From NCBI GenBank assembly GCA_028279275.1, contig JANQOB010000012.1:20203-84202 (forward strand): 64,000 nt of DNA, in the 5' to 3' direction. The notes beneath the pieces are model-generated. The model saw only the letters and a program-made list of their open reading frames with translations, was not told the DNA's origin and searched no databases. Origin of the DNA: Gammaproteobacteria bacterium. GTDB lineage: Bacteria; Pseudomonadota; Gammaproteobacteria; UBA4575. A program made the position numbers and the translations under genes. Within the stretch, counting starts at the first letter, position 1; each line of letters starts with the position of its first letter. Below are positions 28,758-40,334 of this stretch, one piece after another.

Positions 28758-29915
28758 TTGGAGAGCAATATGCCTTGGAACAGCCCAGGCGATGATAATA
28801 AAAACAAGGATCCATGGGGTCAGAACTCAGGGAATCAAGGTCCTCCTGATCTTGATGATGTTTTTCGTAACCTAAGCAAGAAATTTGGTGGGATTTTTGG
28901 CGGTGGATCGTCATCTGGAGGCTCTGGATCAGACGGCAAGCCTATTCTGCTTTTCATACTTATTGCAGCAATTGCTTTATGGGGTTTGTATGACAGGTTT
29001 GGTTTTTATGTTGTTAAGCAGGCAGAAAGAGGTGTCGAATTGCGTTTTGGTGAATTTCAAGAAATTACCAGCGCAGGTTTAAATTGGCATTTACCTTTCC
29101 CTATTGAAACTGTTGAAATTGTAAATGTTGATGAAGTACGTGAAGTTTCAAACCGTACCTCAATGCTGACACAGGATGAAAACATAGTAGAAGTTTCATT
29201 AGAGGCTCAATACAAAATTGGCGATGCTAAAGATTATGTCTTCAATGTTCGTGACCCTGATCAAACTGTTAAAGATGCCATGGAGAGTGCATTACGTGAG
29301 ATTGTCGGCAAAAGTAATATTGATTTTGTTTTGTTTGAAGGCCGTGCACAAATTTCTAGTGTCACAAGAGAATTACTACAAGAAATTCTAGATAGCTATA
29401 ATTCTGGAATTTTTATTCAAAAAGTAAACTTAGAGAGATCAGTTCCGCCAGACGCAGTTAAAGCTGCGTTTGATGATGCGATCAAATCTCGTGAAGATTT
29501 CAATCGCTTTATAAAAGAAGCTGAAGCTTATGCAAATAGCATACTTCCTCAGGCACGAGGTGAGGCTGCAAGGTTGTTACAAGAAGCAGATGCTTACAGA
29601 GATCGAGTTATTGCAAACTCTGAAGGTGAGGCAAAAAGATTTTTAAAGCTTTTAGCAGAATATGAAAAGGCTCCTGAAGTCACTCGTGAGCGTTTATATT
29701 TAGAGGCACTTGAATCTGTATATATGAATAGCAATAAAGTGTTAATGGATGTAGAAGGAGGAAATAACCTTTTATATCTCCCACTCGACCAAATAATAAA
29801 ACAACGTTCTTTGACAAATCCTCTTAGCACCTCAAGTGACACTTTTACCAGCGATAACTTTGGTTTAAGTGATCAGCCAGTAAACCCTGACAGCTCTATC
29901 CGACAAGGACGTTAA
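28758..29915 (+). CDS. hflK: FtsH modulator HflK
   Basis: Gly-rich N-terminus, one TM helix, and a band-7/SPFH domain. Confidence 0.9.
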   Translation: MESNMPWNSPGDDNKNKDPWGQNSGNQGPPDLDDVFRNLSKKFGGIFGGGSSSGGSGSDGKPILLFILIAAIALWGLYDRFGFYVVKQAERGVELRFGEFQEITSAGLNWHLPFPIETVEIVNVDEVREVSNRTSMLTQDENIVEVSLEAQYKIGDAKDYVFNVRDPDQTVKDAMESALREIVGKSNIDFVLFEGRAQISSVTRELLQEILDSYNSGIFIQKVNLERSVPPDAVKAAFDDAIKSREDFNRFIKEAEAYANSILPQARGEAARLLQEADAYRDRVIANSEGEAKRFLKLLAEYEKAPEVTRERLYLEALESVYMNSNKVLMDVEGGNNLLYLPLDQIIKQRSLTNPLSTSSDTFTSDNFGLSDQPVNPDSSIRQGR

Positions 29916-29917
29916 AT

Positions 29918-30784
29918 ATGAATAGTAAAATTGTACTTGCTGTAATCGCGTTATTAATTGTTGGATTCTTTAGTTTCACATTCCAAGTTGACCAACGCCA
30001 GACAGCGATAAAATTAAAGTTTGGTAAAGTTGATAAGGCTAATCTTGAGCCTGGCTTACATTTTAAAATTCCGGTCATGAATACAATAGAAAAATATGAT
30101 AATCGTATTTTGACTTTGGATGCACCACCAACTGAATTCCCAACAAATGAAAAGAAATACGTAATTGTTGATTTCTTTGTCAAGTGGCGAATTGATGATG
30201 TTGAAAGATATTATTTGGCTACAGGTGGACAAGAGTCCAGAGCTAATCAACGTCTAGAGTTAATTTTAGTAGATGGTCTGAAAAATGAGTTTGGAACACG
30301 CACGATTCAAGAAGTTGTCTCCGGTGAACGTGCAGAAATTATGGATGTAATACAAGTTCAGTCAAACATTGAAGCACAGAATTTTGGAATACAAGTAGTA
30401 GATGTTCGTGTCAGTAAAATTGACCTTCCTGAAACAGTAAGTGACTCAGTATTTAAGAACATGCGTGCTGAACGTGATCGAGTTGCGAAAGATTTTCGTG
30501 CTCGAGGCCGTGAGCAAGCTGAAGTCATACGAGCCACAGCAGATAAAGAACGTACTGTCATTTTGGCAAATGCGTACAAAGAAGCGGAGCAAGTGCGTGG
30601 TGATGGTGATGCGCAGTCTGCAAAGATCTATGCAGATGCATTTACACAAAATGAAGAGTTTTACAGCTTTACAAGAAGTTTAAAAGCATATACAAACACA
30701 TTTCATCAAACTAATAATAATGTGTTGATTCTAGAACCAGACTCTGAATTTTATCGATATTTTAAAAAATCTGAGCAAAATTAA
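29918..30784 (+). CDS. hflC: FtsH modulator HflC
   Basis: TM helix plus SPFH domain, directly after hflK. Confidence 0.9.
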   Translation: MNSKIVLAVIALLIVGFFSFTFQVDQRQTAIKLKFGKVDKANLEPGLHFKIPVMNTIEKYDNRILTLDAPPTEFPTNEKKYVIVDFFVKWRIDDVERYYLATGGQESRANQRLELILVDGLKNEFGTRTIQEVVSGERAEIMDVIQVQSNIEAQNFGIQVVDVRVSKIDLPETVSDSVFKNMRAERDRVAKDFRARGREQAEVIRATADKERTVILANAYKEAEQVRGDGDAQSAKIYADAFTQNEEFYSFTRSLKAYTNTFHQTNNNVLILEPDSEFYRYFKKSEQN

Positions 30785-30821
30785 ACTATCCAGTCTTATT
30801 TCCTATTTTTAACCAAACTTT

Positions 30822-31016
30822 ATGTGGAATGAAATACTGGTTGCGATCGCGCTAGTTTTAGTTGTTGAAGGAATCATTCCTTTTTTAGCGCCAGAAAAAT
30901 TTCGTCAAGCACTTGCACAACTTGTACAAATGCCAGACCAAGTACTTCGCATGATTGGTTTAGCAAGCATGACATTAGGAATTATCTTCCTGTATATCCT
31001 GAGATTAGTTAATTAG
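30822..31016 (+). CDS. DUF2065-like small membrane protein
   Basis: 64 aa with two hydrophobic helices. Occupies the conserved position between hflC and hisZ/purA. Confidence 0.55.
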   Translation: MWNEILVAIALVLVVEGIIPFLAPEKFRQALAQLVQMPDQVLRMIGLASMTLGIIFLYILRLVN

Positions 31017-31018
31017 TT

Positions 31019-32200
31019 ATGAGTCAAGATCGCTGGTTGTTACCTGAAGGTATTGAAGAATCATTACCAGAAGAATCTGCCTGGTTGGAAATGTATCGGC
31101 GTGAACTAATTGATATGTTTTCAACCTGGGGTTATGAATTAGTAATGCCACCGTTAATTGAATATTTAGATTCATTATTAATTGGGCCTAGTGATGATCT
31201 TGATCTACAAACATTTAAGTTAACGGATCAGTTGACCGGGAAAATGATGGGGGTGCGTGCAGATATGACTTCGCAGGTGGCACGAATAGATGCGCATATG
31301 CTAAAGCGTGATGCACCGACACGATTTTGCTATATGGGTTCAGTATTACACACTCGTCCAGGTGGCCGTGATTTAACACGCAGTCCTTTACAAGTTGGTG
31401 CCGAACTATATGGCCATCGCGGATTAGATAGCGATGTTGAAGTTATTTGTTTAATGCTTGAGGCATTAAACTTAGTGGGTATTGAGAATATTCTGCTGGA
31501 TTTAGGGCATGTTGGTATTTTTACTAAATTAGTTGAACAAGCTGGTTTAAGTGATGCACAACAAAAGCAGCTACAAACTCTTTTACAACAGAAAGCATTT
31601 CCGGAATATGAGCAGTTTATCTCAAACTGTTCTCTAGATGAAAATTGCCACAATGTATTTTCTTCTTTAATAGAGTTAAGCGGTGGTGCAGAAGTTATTG
31701 CAACGACTAAAGAGCTTTTAAAAGATACTGATTCTGAAGTGATTAGTCATATTGAATATGTAGAAGAACTTGCACGACGTGTTTTAGATAATTATCCAAA
31801 TATTCAATTGCATTATGACTTTTCAGCATTGAGTGGATATCACTACCAAAATGGCGCGGTTTTTGCGGCTTATATTTCTGGGCAAGGTGGAGAAATTGCA
31901 CGCGGAGGTCGTTACGATATGATTGGTGAAGTATTTGGGCGTTCAAGACCTGCCACTGGATTCAGCATGGACTTAAAAGCGTTGGCAAAAATTTCACCTA
32001 AGTCGAATCAAGTTGTAAAAGGCATTTACGCACCTAGCGATAGTGACCCAAATTTGCAAATAAAAATTAAACAATTACGTGCGCAAGGTGAGAAAGTTGT
32101 TTGTGAGTTGCCTGGTCAACAAGGTAAAGCTCAAGATTTAGCTTGCAACCGTATCTTAGTTAAAGAAAACCAACAATGGATTATCAAAGATATCCAATAA
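31019..32200 (+). CDS. hisZ: ATP phosphoribosyltransferase regulatory subunit HisZ
   Basis: HisRS-like class II core without an anticodon-binding domain, upstream of purA. Confidence 0.8.
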   Translation: MSQDRWLLPEGIEESLPEESAWLEMYRRELIDMFSTWGYELVMPPLIEYLDSLLIGPSDDLDLQTFKLTDQLTGKMMGVRADMTSQVARIDAHMLKRDAPTRFCYMGSVLHTRPGGRDLTRSPLQVGAELYGHRGLDSDVEVICLMLEALNLVGIENILLDLGHVGIFTKLVEQAGLSDAQQKQLQTLLQQKAFPEYEQFISNCSLDENCHNVFSSLIELSGGAEVIATTKELLKDTDSEVISHIEYVEELARRVLDNYPNIQLHYDFSALSGYHYQNGAVFAAYISGQGGEIARGGRYDMIGEVFGRSRPATGFSMDLKALAKISPKSNQVVKGIYAPSDSDPNLQIKIKQLRAQGEKVVCELPGQQGKAQDLACNRILVKENQQWIIKDIQ

Positions 32201-32209
32201 TAAAAATAG

Positions 32210-34030
<1,821 letters not shown>

Positions 34031-34322
34031 AACTTATTAATGTATTAAGTTTCGCATAAGAATAGTTATAAAAACTAAATTAGTGGAATCCTGATAATTT
34101 AACTATTCTTAATCAAAAAATGTAATTTTTTCTATATTTTACAAGCAGTTAGAAAATATTAGCTAATATAGCAAAGTTTTCTTTCGTGGCCGTCACTTAT
34201 GGCTTGTGAACCTTTTAATGAATGCCTTAGTCCAAATCAATAAATATGCAATGTGCGTGTAAACCAAATTATGGGTGACACGTTGTAAAAATATGAACAA
34301 CTCAAAACTAAAGAGGTTCCCC

Positions 34323-34805
34323 ATGTCTAAGCATTTCATGTTTTCAATGACTTTATTGATTAGCCTATTTTTAACCGCTTGCGCAACAAATCCTTATGGT
34401 GGCTATAGTACTCCCAGTAAACAAACTCAGGGGGCAGTTGCTGGCGGAGTGATTGGTGGGCTTTTGGGCTCTACAGTTGGGGATGGAAGAGGTACTGTCT
34501 GGGCAGCCGCTGCAGGTACATTAATTGGTGCTTTGGCAGGCGCACATGTAGGTCGTCAGCTGGATGAATTGGATCGCTACCACGCTGGTAGAACATTAGA
34601 AACTGCCCCTACAGGTGCTACAAAAGAATGGGTTAATCCTGATTCCGGAACAGCTTATTCAGTTACTCCTACCCGTACTTATGATTCCGGGCATGGAACA
34701 CCATGTCGGGAGTTCACTATGGATGCTGATATTGGGGGTCAAACAGAGCAAGTGTATGGAACTGCATGTAGACAAGCCGATGGTAGTTGGAAGATGTCTG
34801 CATAG
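34323..34805 (+). CDS. Outer-membrane lipoprotein, glycine-zipper / 17-kDa surface-antigen (SlyB/Pcp-like) family
   Basis: Lipobox LFLTAC, a Gly-zipper (GGVIGGLLGSTVG..AAAAGTLIGALAGAHVG), and a C-terminal Cys pair. The track ORF starts 16 codons earlier; the start at MSKHF is likelier. Confidence 0.7.
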   Translation: MSKHFMFSMTLLISLFLTACATNPYGGYSTPSKQTQGAVAGGVIGGLLGSTVGDGRGTVWAAAAGTLIGALAGAHVGRQLDELDRYHAGRTLETAPTGATKEWVNPDSGTAYSVTPTRTYDSGHGTPCREFTMDADIGGQTEQVYGTACRQADGSWKMSA

Positions 34806-34822
34806 ATCGCTCCGTTTAAATT

Positions 34823-34860
34823 AAAAAAAAGCCCCGTGTGTAAAAACGGGGCTTTAATTA
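34823..34860. terminator. Bidirectional rho-independent terminator
   Basis: aaaaaaaagccccgt-gtgtaaaa-acggggcttt. A-run upstream and T-rich stretch downstream, sitting between convergent genes. Confidence 0.6.
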
Positions 34861-34885
34861 TTAGGATGCTAATGAATATTCAATC

Positions 34886-35566
34886 TTATCTACGAGATTT
34901 AATCGTATCTTGTTTCATATTTTGAGCAAGCCATGCTTTGATTGGCCAAGGGAATATATTTTCTGACTTTGAAATGTCTTCCCATCCTAGCTCAACATAG
35001 CATTGATAAGCATCTGTACCATAAATATTTTGTACGTGTGTAGGTTTGCTTTCGCCTACTGAGTCACCTTTGACTTCTTCATCTCTAAATGCATAAAGAG
35101 TGGGCACTGCATCACATTGCTCGTTTGTTTGTAAAATGGTGATATACGCGCATTCAACGTTTTTACGATATAGCACTTGGTAATTAACAATTTCTAGGCT
35201 TTCAGAAACAGGTTTATTTTCAGCTATTTCTTCTGATTCGTCTTGCTGAAATTGTTTAAAGACTTCGTCAAATTCATGGTCACCGATATCTGCAGTAGTA
35301 ATTTCTAAGCCTTCTGTCCTGCGACGATCTCCAAATGTACGACGCTCTTTCTCTACTAACTCGCCCTGATTATTTTTTAGTGGAGGCGATTTTTTTTCAT
35401 TTTTGTTTCTACGGTCATCTCCAGATCTGCGATCGTATAGAGCCTTCATATACTTCCCTTTAAGTAATTCCCATATTGAGTGTGCGCAAAATTGTTTAAA
35501 ACCATACCAGTCATAGGAACTATAAATGCGAAGTAGGTCACATTGGGTCTTCCATTCAGTGGGCAA
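34886..35566 (-). CDS. Arg-cluster module protein (paralog C); probable start at internal Met (MKALYDRR..., ~35449)
   Basis: DRRSGDDRR..SPP..LVEKERRTFGDRRR matches the module of the two FHA proteins. Acidic middle region and a C-terminal domain of unknown function. Confidence 0.5.
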   Translation of the reverse strand: MPTEWKTQCDLLRIYSSYDWYGFKQFCAHSIWELLKGKYMKALYDRRSGDDRRNKNEKKSPPLKNNQGELVEKERRTFGDRRRTEGLEITTADIGDHEFDEVFKQFQQDESEEIAENKPVSESLEIVNYQVLYRKNVECAYITILQTNEQCDAVPTLYAFRDEEVKGDSVGESKPTHVQNIYGTDAYQCYVELGWEDISKSENIFPWPIKAWLAQNMKQDTIKSRR

Positions 35567-35731
35567 TTTTTGCCTTTAGAGAGAATGCATGCTTAATGGA
35601 TAAAGTTAGTCGCAATCACATACACAGGTTTCAGCTTTTCCTCGAAGATAATTTCATACTTTGGATTTCAGATATTTATCAATGAGTAAAGATTTCCAGT
35701 TTTGTTGATGAGGTAGTAGAGTGCACCAAAT

Positions 35732-37984
35732 ATGCCTCGCAAAAAAAAGAAAAAATTAATCGATCCCTACGCTAAACGCGAGGCTTCTAAGTATGAACAA
35801 CCGATTGCCAGTCGGGAGTTAGTTTTGCAAATACTTGAGCAAAGTGATGGACCTCTATCGCTGAGCGCATTGCATGAGGTATTAGATATCAATTCTGAAG
35901 AAGTGATTGATGCACTTGCAAGACGTTTAGCCGCTATGGAACGGGATGGTCAAATTATTCGCAATCGTCAAAATCATTATTTACCAATTTCAAAAGTTGA
36001 TTTAGTGCGTGGGCGTGTGATGGGACATCCTGATGGGTTTGGATTTTTAATTCCAGATGAAGGTGGAGAGGATTTATTTTTACCTCCTTATGAAATGCGT
36101 ACGCTAATGCATGGTGATCGTGCAGTAGTTCGTCCCGCGGGTAAATCTAAACGCGGTAAGTTACAGGGCAAATTAGTAGAAATTATTGAGCGTAATAATA
36201 AGCAAATCGTTGGCCGCTACTATAAAGAATCTGGCATCGGGTTTGTTGTGCCAGATAACAAACGCCTTAGTCAGGACGTAATGATCCCTGCCAAAAATTC
36301 TATGCAAGCTACAAGTGGGCAATTTGTTGTGGCATCTATCCTCGAGCAACCCAATAAATTTCGTCAACCGATAGGAAAAGTGATAGAAGTTATAGGTGAT
36401 CATCTCGCACCAGGTATGGAAATTGATGTTGCTATCCGCTCATATGATCTACCCTATAAATGGAATGACGAAGTCCTTCAGCAAGTTGAAAAATTTAGTC
36501 AAGATGATATTCAGCAACAGCTTAAGCACCGAAAAGATTTACGAGAATTACATTTTGTTACTATTGATGGTAGTGATGCAAAAGACTTCGATGATGCAGT
36601 ATATTGTGAGGCTCGTGATAATGGTTGGCGTTTATGGGTTGCTATTGCAGATGTGTCCCATTATGTAGAACTCGATTCAGCCCTTGATCTTGAAGCACGC
36701 AACCGTGGCACCTCAGTGTATTTCCCAGAGCGTGTCATTCCTATGTTACCGGAAGCACTATCTAATGAGTTATGTTCTTTAAGGCCTGAAGTAGATCGTC
36801 TTTGTATGGTTTGTGAGATGTTCATAAATCAAAGCGGCGAATTAAAAAGCTATAAATTTTATGATGCAGTAATGCGTTCATCAGCGAGACTGACCTATGA
36901 TGAAGTGCAAAAAATACTGTATGAAAAAGATAAAAAAGCTAGGGAGCAAAATGAACATTTGCTAAATGACTTAGAAAATTTGCAAGCTGTTTATAATTCT
37001 TTACGTAAGCAACGCAAAAAACGCGGAGCTATTGATTTTGATACTAAAGAAACTTTATTTGAATTTGATGATGATAAAAAAATAAAAGCCATTCTGCCGC
37101 GAGAGCGATTCCAGGCGCACATGATTATTGAAGAATGCATGATAGTGGCTAATGTTGCGGCGGCAAAATTCATTACGCGTGAAAAATTACCTACATTATT
37201 CCGTGTGCATGAAGAACCCACAGCTGAAAAATTACGTGATATGCGTGAATTTCTTGAGTCATTAGGTGTTGGGTTTAGTAAAGCTAAAAAACCTGGACCT
37301 AGTGACTACATGGCAGTGATAAAAAAGGTTGGCTTGCGTAAAGATAAGCATATTATTGAGATGATGTTGTTAAGATCCATGGCGCAGGCCGTTTACAGTC
37401 CTGATAGCATTGGCCATTTTGGTCTAGCACTTTCCTTATATGCACATTTTACTTCTCCTATTCGGCGTTATCCTGATCTCGTGGTGCATCGAACGATTCG
37501 TCATTTGCTTGCTGGTGAAAATAAGGCTTCTTTCCCTCTTTCGCAGAATGATTTGGTGTTACTTGGTGAGCATTGCTCAATGTGTGAACGACGTGCAGAT
37601 GATGCAACGCGCGATGTGGATGCCTGGCTAAAATGTGAATTTATGTTGGATAAAATTGGGAAAGAATTTGATGGTGTAATCACATCGGTTACCGCATTTG
37701 GTTTCTTTGTGATGTTGAATAATTATTTTGTTGAAGGATTAGTGCATGTCACTACATTGAAAAGTGACTATTATCATTTTGATGAGCAATCACACTGTTT
37801 ATTTGGTGAGCGAAGTAAGACTCGTTATGGTTTGGGGGATGAAGTAAAAATAACTGTCGCAAGAGTGAGTTTAGATGAGCGAAAAATGGATTTTTCATTG
37901 TCTCAAATTGACGATAGAAATATACATCGCTCTAAGCAATTCAAGCCAAAAACCTCGAAGAAGAAAAGAAAAAAAATTAAATAA
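35732..37984 (+). CDS. rnr: Ribonuclease R
   Basis: RNB catalytic domain, S1 domain, and Lys-rich termini. 750 aa. Confidence 0.95.
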   Translation: MPRKKKKKLIDPYAKREASKYEQPIASRELVLQILEQSDGPLSLSALHEVLDINSEEVIDALARRLAAMERDGQIIRNRQNHYLPISKVDLVRGRVMGHPDGFGFLIPDEGGEDLFLPPYEMRTLMHGDRAVVRPAGKSKRGKLQGKLVEIIERNNKQIVGRYYKESGIGFVVPDNKRLSQDVMIPAKNSMQATSGQFVVASILEQPNKFRQPIGKVIEVIGDHLAPGMEIDVAIRSYDLPYKWNDEVLQQVEKFSQDDIQQQLKHRKDLRELHFVTIDGSDAKDFDDAVYCEARDNGWRLWVAIADVSHYVELDSALDLEARNRGTSVYFPERVIPMLPEALSNELCSLRPEVDRLCMVCEMFINQSGELKSYKFYDAVMRSSARLTYDEVQKILYEKDKKAREQNEHLLNDLENLQAVYNSLRKQRKKRGAIDFDTKETLFEFDDDKKIKAILPRERFQAHMIIEECMIVANVAAAKFITREKLPTLFRVHEEPTAEKLRDMREFLESLGVGFSKAKKPGPSDYMAVIKKVGLRKDKHIIEMMLLRSMAQAVYSPDSIGHFGLALSLYAHFTSPIRRYPDLVVHRTIRHLLAGENKASFPLSQNDLVLLGEHCSMCERRADDATRDVDAWLKCEFMLDKIGKEFDGVITSVTAFGFFVMLNNYFVEGLVHVTTLKSDYYHFDEQSHCLFGERSKTRYGLGDEVKITVARVSLDERKMDFSLSQIDDRNIHRSKQFKPKTSKKKRKKIK

Positions 37985-38730
37985 TGAAAAATTTATCTTT
38001 TGGGTTCTATAGCTGTTTAGCTGCAGTACAGGATCGACCTTTCCATATTAAAGAAGTGTGCTTATTAGATGGTAAAAAAGATAAACGACTTCAACTACTC
38101 AAAAATGAGATTACTGCTAATAATCTTGCCCACCGTTTTATAAATAAAAATGAACTCGAGCTACTGTGCGGGGTAAAAAATCATCAAGGGGTAGTGGTGA
38201 TTTACAAACAGCAACAAACATATAGTGAAGCGGCATTATTAGATTATTGTGCTTCAGCTACTGAGCCATTATTGCTTTTGGTACTGGATCAAATTGTTGA
38301 TCCACATAATTTAGGAGCATGTTTGCGTACTGCAGAAGCTGCGGGCGTGAATGCTGTTATCAGCTCGACACGAAAGTCTGCACCGCTTACACCAACGGTA
38401 CGTAAGGTTGCTTGCGGAGCCGCTGAACGAATACCGCTAATTTTTGCTAAAAATCTCGTGCGGTTTTTAGGCGAGCTCAAACAACTTGGAATATGGGTTT
38501 ATGGTACACAACCCACGGCGAGTAAATTGCTCTATGAGACTGATTTTTGTCGTTCCATGGCGTTGGTAATTGGTGCAGAGGGTAAGGGCATGCGTCGTCT
38601 CGTGAGCGAAAAATGTGATGAACTATTGCGCATGCCGATGTCTGGAGAAATGGCGAGCTTAAATGCTTCCGTTGCGGCGGGTATTGGTTTATTTGAGGCA
38701 GTACGCCAGCGTAGTAGCACGAAGCTCTAA
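37984..38730 (+). CDS. rlmB: 23S rRNA (guanosine2251-2'-O)-methyltransferase RlmB (SpoU family)
   Basis: SpoU motifs (LVLDQIVDPHNLGACLRTA, LVIGAEGKGM), immediately after rnr as in E. coli. Confidence 0.85.
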   Translation: MKNLSFGFYSCLAAVQDRPFHIKEVCLLDGKKDKRLQLLKNEITANNLAHRFINKNELELLCGVKNHQGVVVIYKQQQTYSEAALLDYCASATEPLLLLVLDQIVDPHNLGACLRTAEAAGVNAVISSTRKSAPLTPTVRKVACGAAERIPLIFAKNLVRFLGELKQLGIWVYGTQPTASKLLYETDFCRSMALVIGAEGKGMRRLVSEKCDELLRMPMSGEMASLNASVAAGIGLFEAVRQRSSTKL

Positions 38731-38984
38731 TATCATCTGATCTTGCGTTAAAATATGTCGTCAAAATACTCATTTGCTTGGATGTAAACTCCGTTTTTAC
38801 GCCATATTTTGCCTAAGCTCAGAAGATATTAGAGCTCCTTATGGGTAGAGGTGTGCGAGATTTCGTGCTTCTGCTTGCTAGAAATCTGGGCATCACGTAG
38901 ACTTCGCGGCTCAAAATTTGTAACTCCTTGCTTCACTGGGGCGTAATTGTCACCAGGAGGCTTAAACCCAAAGGGAGCATATAT

Positions 38985-39443
38985 ATGCGTCACTACGAAA
39001 TAGTGTTTCTGGTGCATCCGGACCAGAGCGATCAAGTACCGGCGATGATTGAGCGTTATCGTTCAATAATTGATCAAGGTAAAGGCAAGGTTCACCGTCT
39101 CGAAGACTGGGGACGTCTACAATTAGCTTATCCAATTCAAAAAATTCATAAAGCACATTATGTGTTAATGAATATCGAGTGTAATCAAGAAGTATTAGAT
39201 GAATTAACGAGCTCATTTCGTTTTAACGATGCGGTTATTCGTAACATGGTGATTTCAGCGAAAAGGGCTGAAACTGAGAAATCCGCAATGCTAAAGATGA
39301 TTGAGCAAGAAGATGCTGATAGCGGTAAAAAAGCAACCGCTCAATCTTATTCTGAAAATGAAACAAGTGCAGATGAAGATAATCTTGCGCCTGTTTCAGA
39401 TGATCAGGCTGAAGAAGTTACTGTCGAATCATCAGATAGCTAA
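38985..39443 (+). CDS. rpsF: 30S ribosomal protein S6 (acidic C-terminal tail)
   Basis: [14 protein letters not shown] start. The track ORF has a spurious 19-codon N-terminal extension. Confidence 0.9.
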   Translation: MRHYEIVFLVHPDQSDQVPAMIERYRSIIDQGKGKVHRLEDWGRLQLAYPIQKIHKAHYVLMNIECNQEVLDELTSSFRFNDAVIRNMVISAKRAETEKSAMLKMIEQEDADSGKKATAQSYSENETSADEDNLAPVSDDQAEEVTVESSDS

Positions 39444-39469
39444 ATAAACAATATTAAAGGAAAAATATC

Positions 39470-39694
39470 ATGGCACATTATTTTCGTAGAAGAAGGTATT
39501 GCCGCTTCACTGAAGAAGGTATTGAAGAAGTAGATTACAAAGATATTGCAATTTTGAAGGATTTCATAACTGAAACAGGCAAGATTGTTCCGAGTCGTGT
39601 AACAGGCACTAAAGCTAAGTATCAGCGTCAATTATCTACTGCAATCAAACGCGCACGCTATATTGCGTTGTTACCTTATAGTGATCGCCACTAA
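39470..39694 (+). CDS. rpsR: 30S ribosomal protein S18
   Basis: [12 protein letters not shown] signature. Confidence 0.95.
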   Translation: MAHYFRRRRYCRFTEEGIEEVDYKDIAILKDFITETGKIVPSRVTGTKAKYQRQLSTAIKRARYIALLPYSDRH

Positions 39695-39855
39695 CAATTA
39701 CATAGTTAAGAATATAGTGGTTGAGGCATTATTTAGAATTTTATCTGAAGCGATGTTTAAATTTATATTCAGACATATCGCATATTGTCGTGGTTAATAA
39801 ATAATCAAATTTGTAAGCCAATTTTTATTATAATAAATCAAACGAAGAGAACGTT

Positions 39856-40305
39856 ATGGAAGTTATATTATTAACAAAAGTAGATAATCTTGGAGACTTA
39901 GGCGATAAAGTTAAAGTACGTCCTGGTTATGCACGAAACTTTTTAATCCCTAGCGGTAAAGCAAAGTTTGCTACTGCAGAAAATTTAGCAGAGTTTGAGG
40001 CACGTCGTGTTGAACTGGAAAAACTGGCTGCCGAAACATTAGCAAATGCGGAAGCTCGTAAAGCAGAATTAGATGGTACTAAAATTAGTATCACTGCCAA
40101 GGCTGTGGGAGAAGGAAAATTATTTGGCTCTGTTGGTATGGTGGATATTGTAAATGCTTTAAGTGAAGCGGGTAAAAAAGTTGAAAAGAAAGAAGTGCGT
40201 TTACCTGATGGTTCTTTTCATCATGCTGGGGAATATCAGGTTGATATCCATTTGCACTCCGATGTAAACGCAACAATTAATTTAGAGATTATTGGCGAAG
40301 AATAA
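39856..40305 (+). CDS. rplI: 50S ribosomal protein L9
   Basis: MEVILL..VDNLGDLGD start. Confidence 0.95.
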   Translation: MEVILLTKVDNLGDLGDKVKVRPGYARNFLIPSGKAKFATAENLAEFEARRVELEKLAAETLANAEARKAELDGTKISITAKAVGEGKLFGSVGMVDIVNALSEAGKKVEKKEVRLPDGSFHHAGEYQVDIHLHSDVNATINLEIIGEE

Positions 40306-40334
40306 TTTATGTATCGTCATTTTAGAAATATCTT

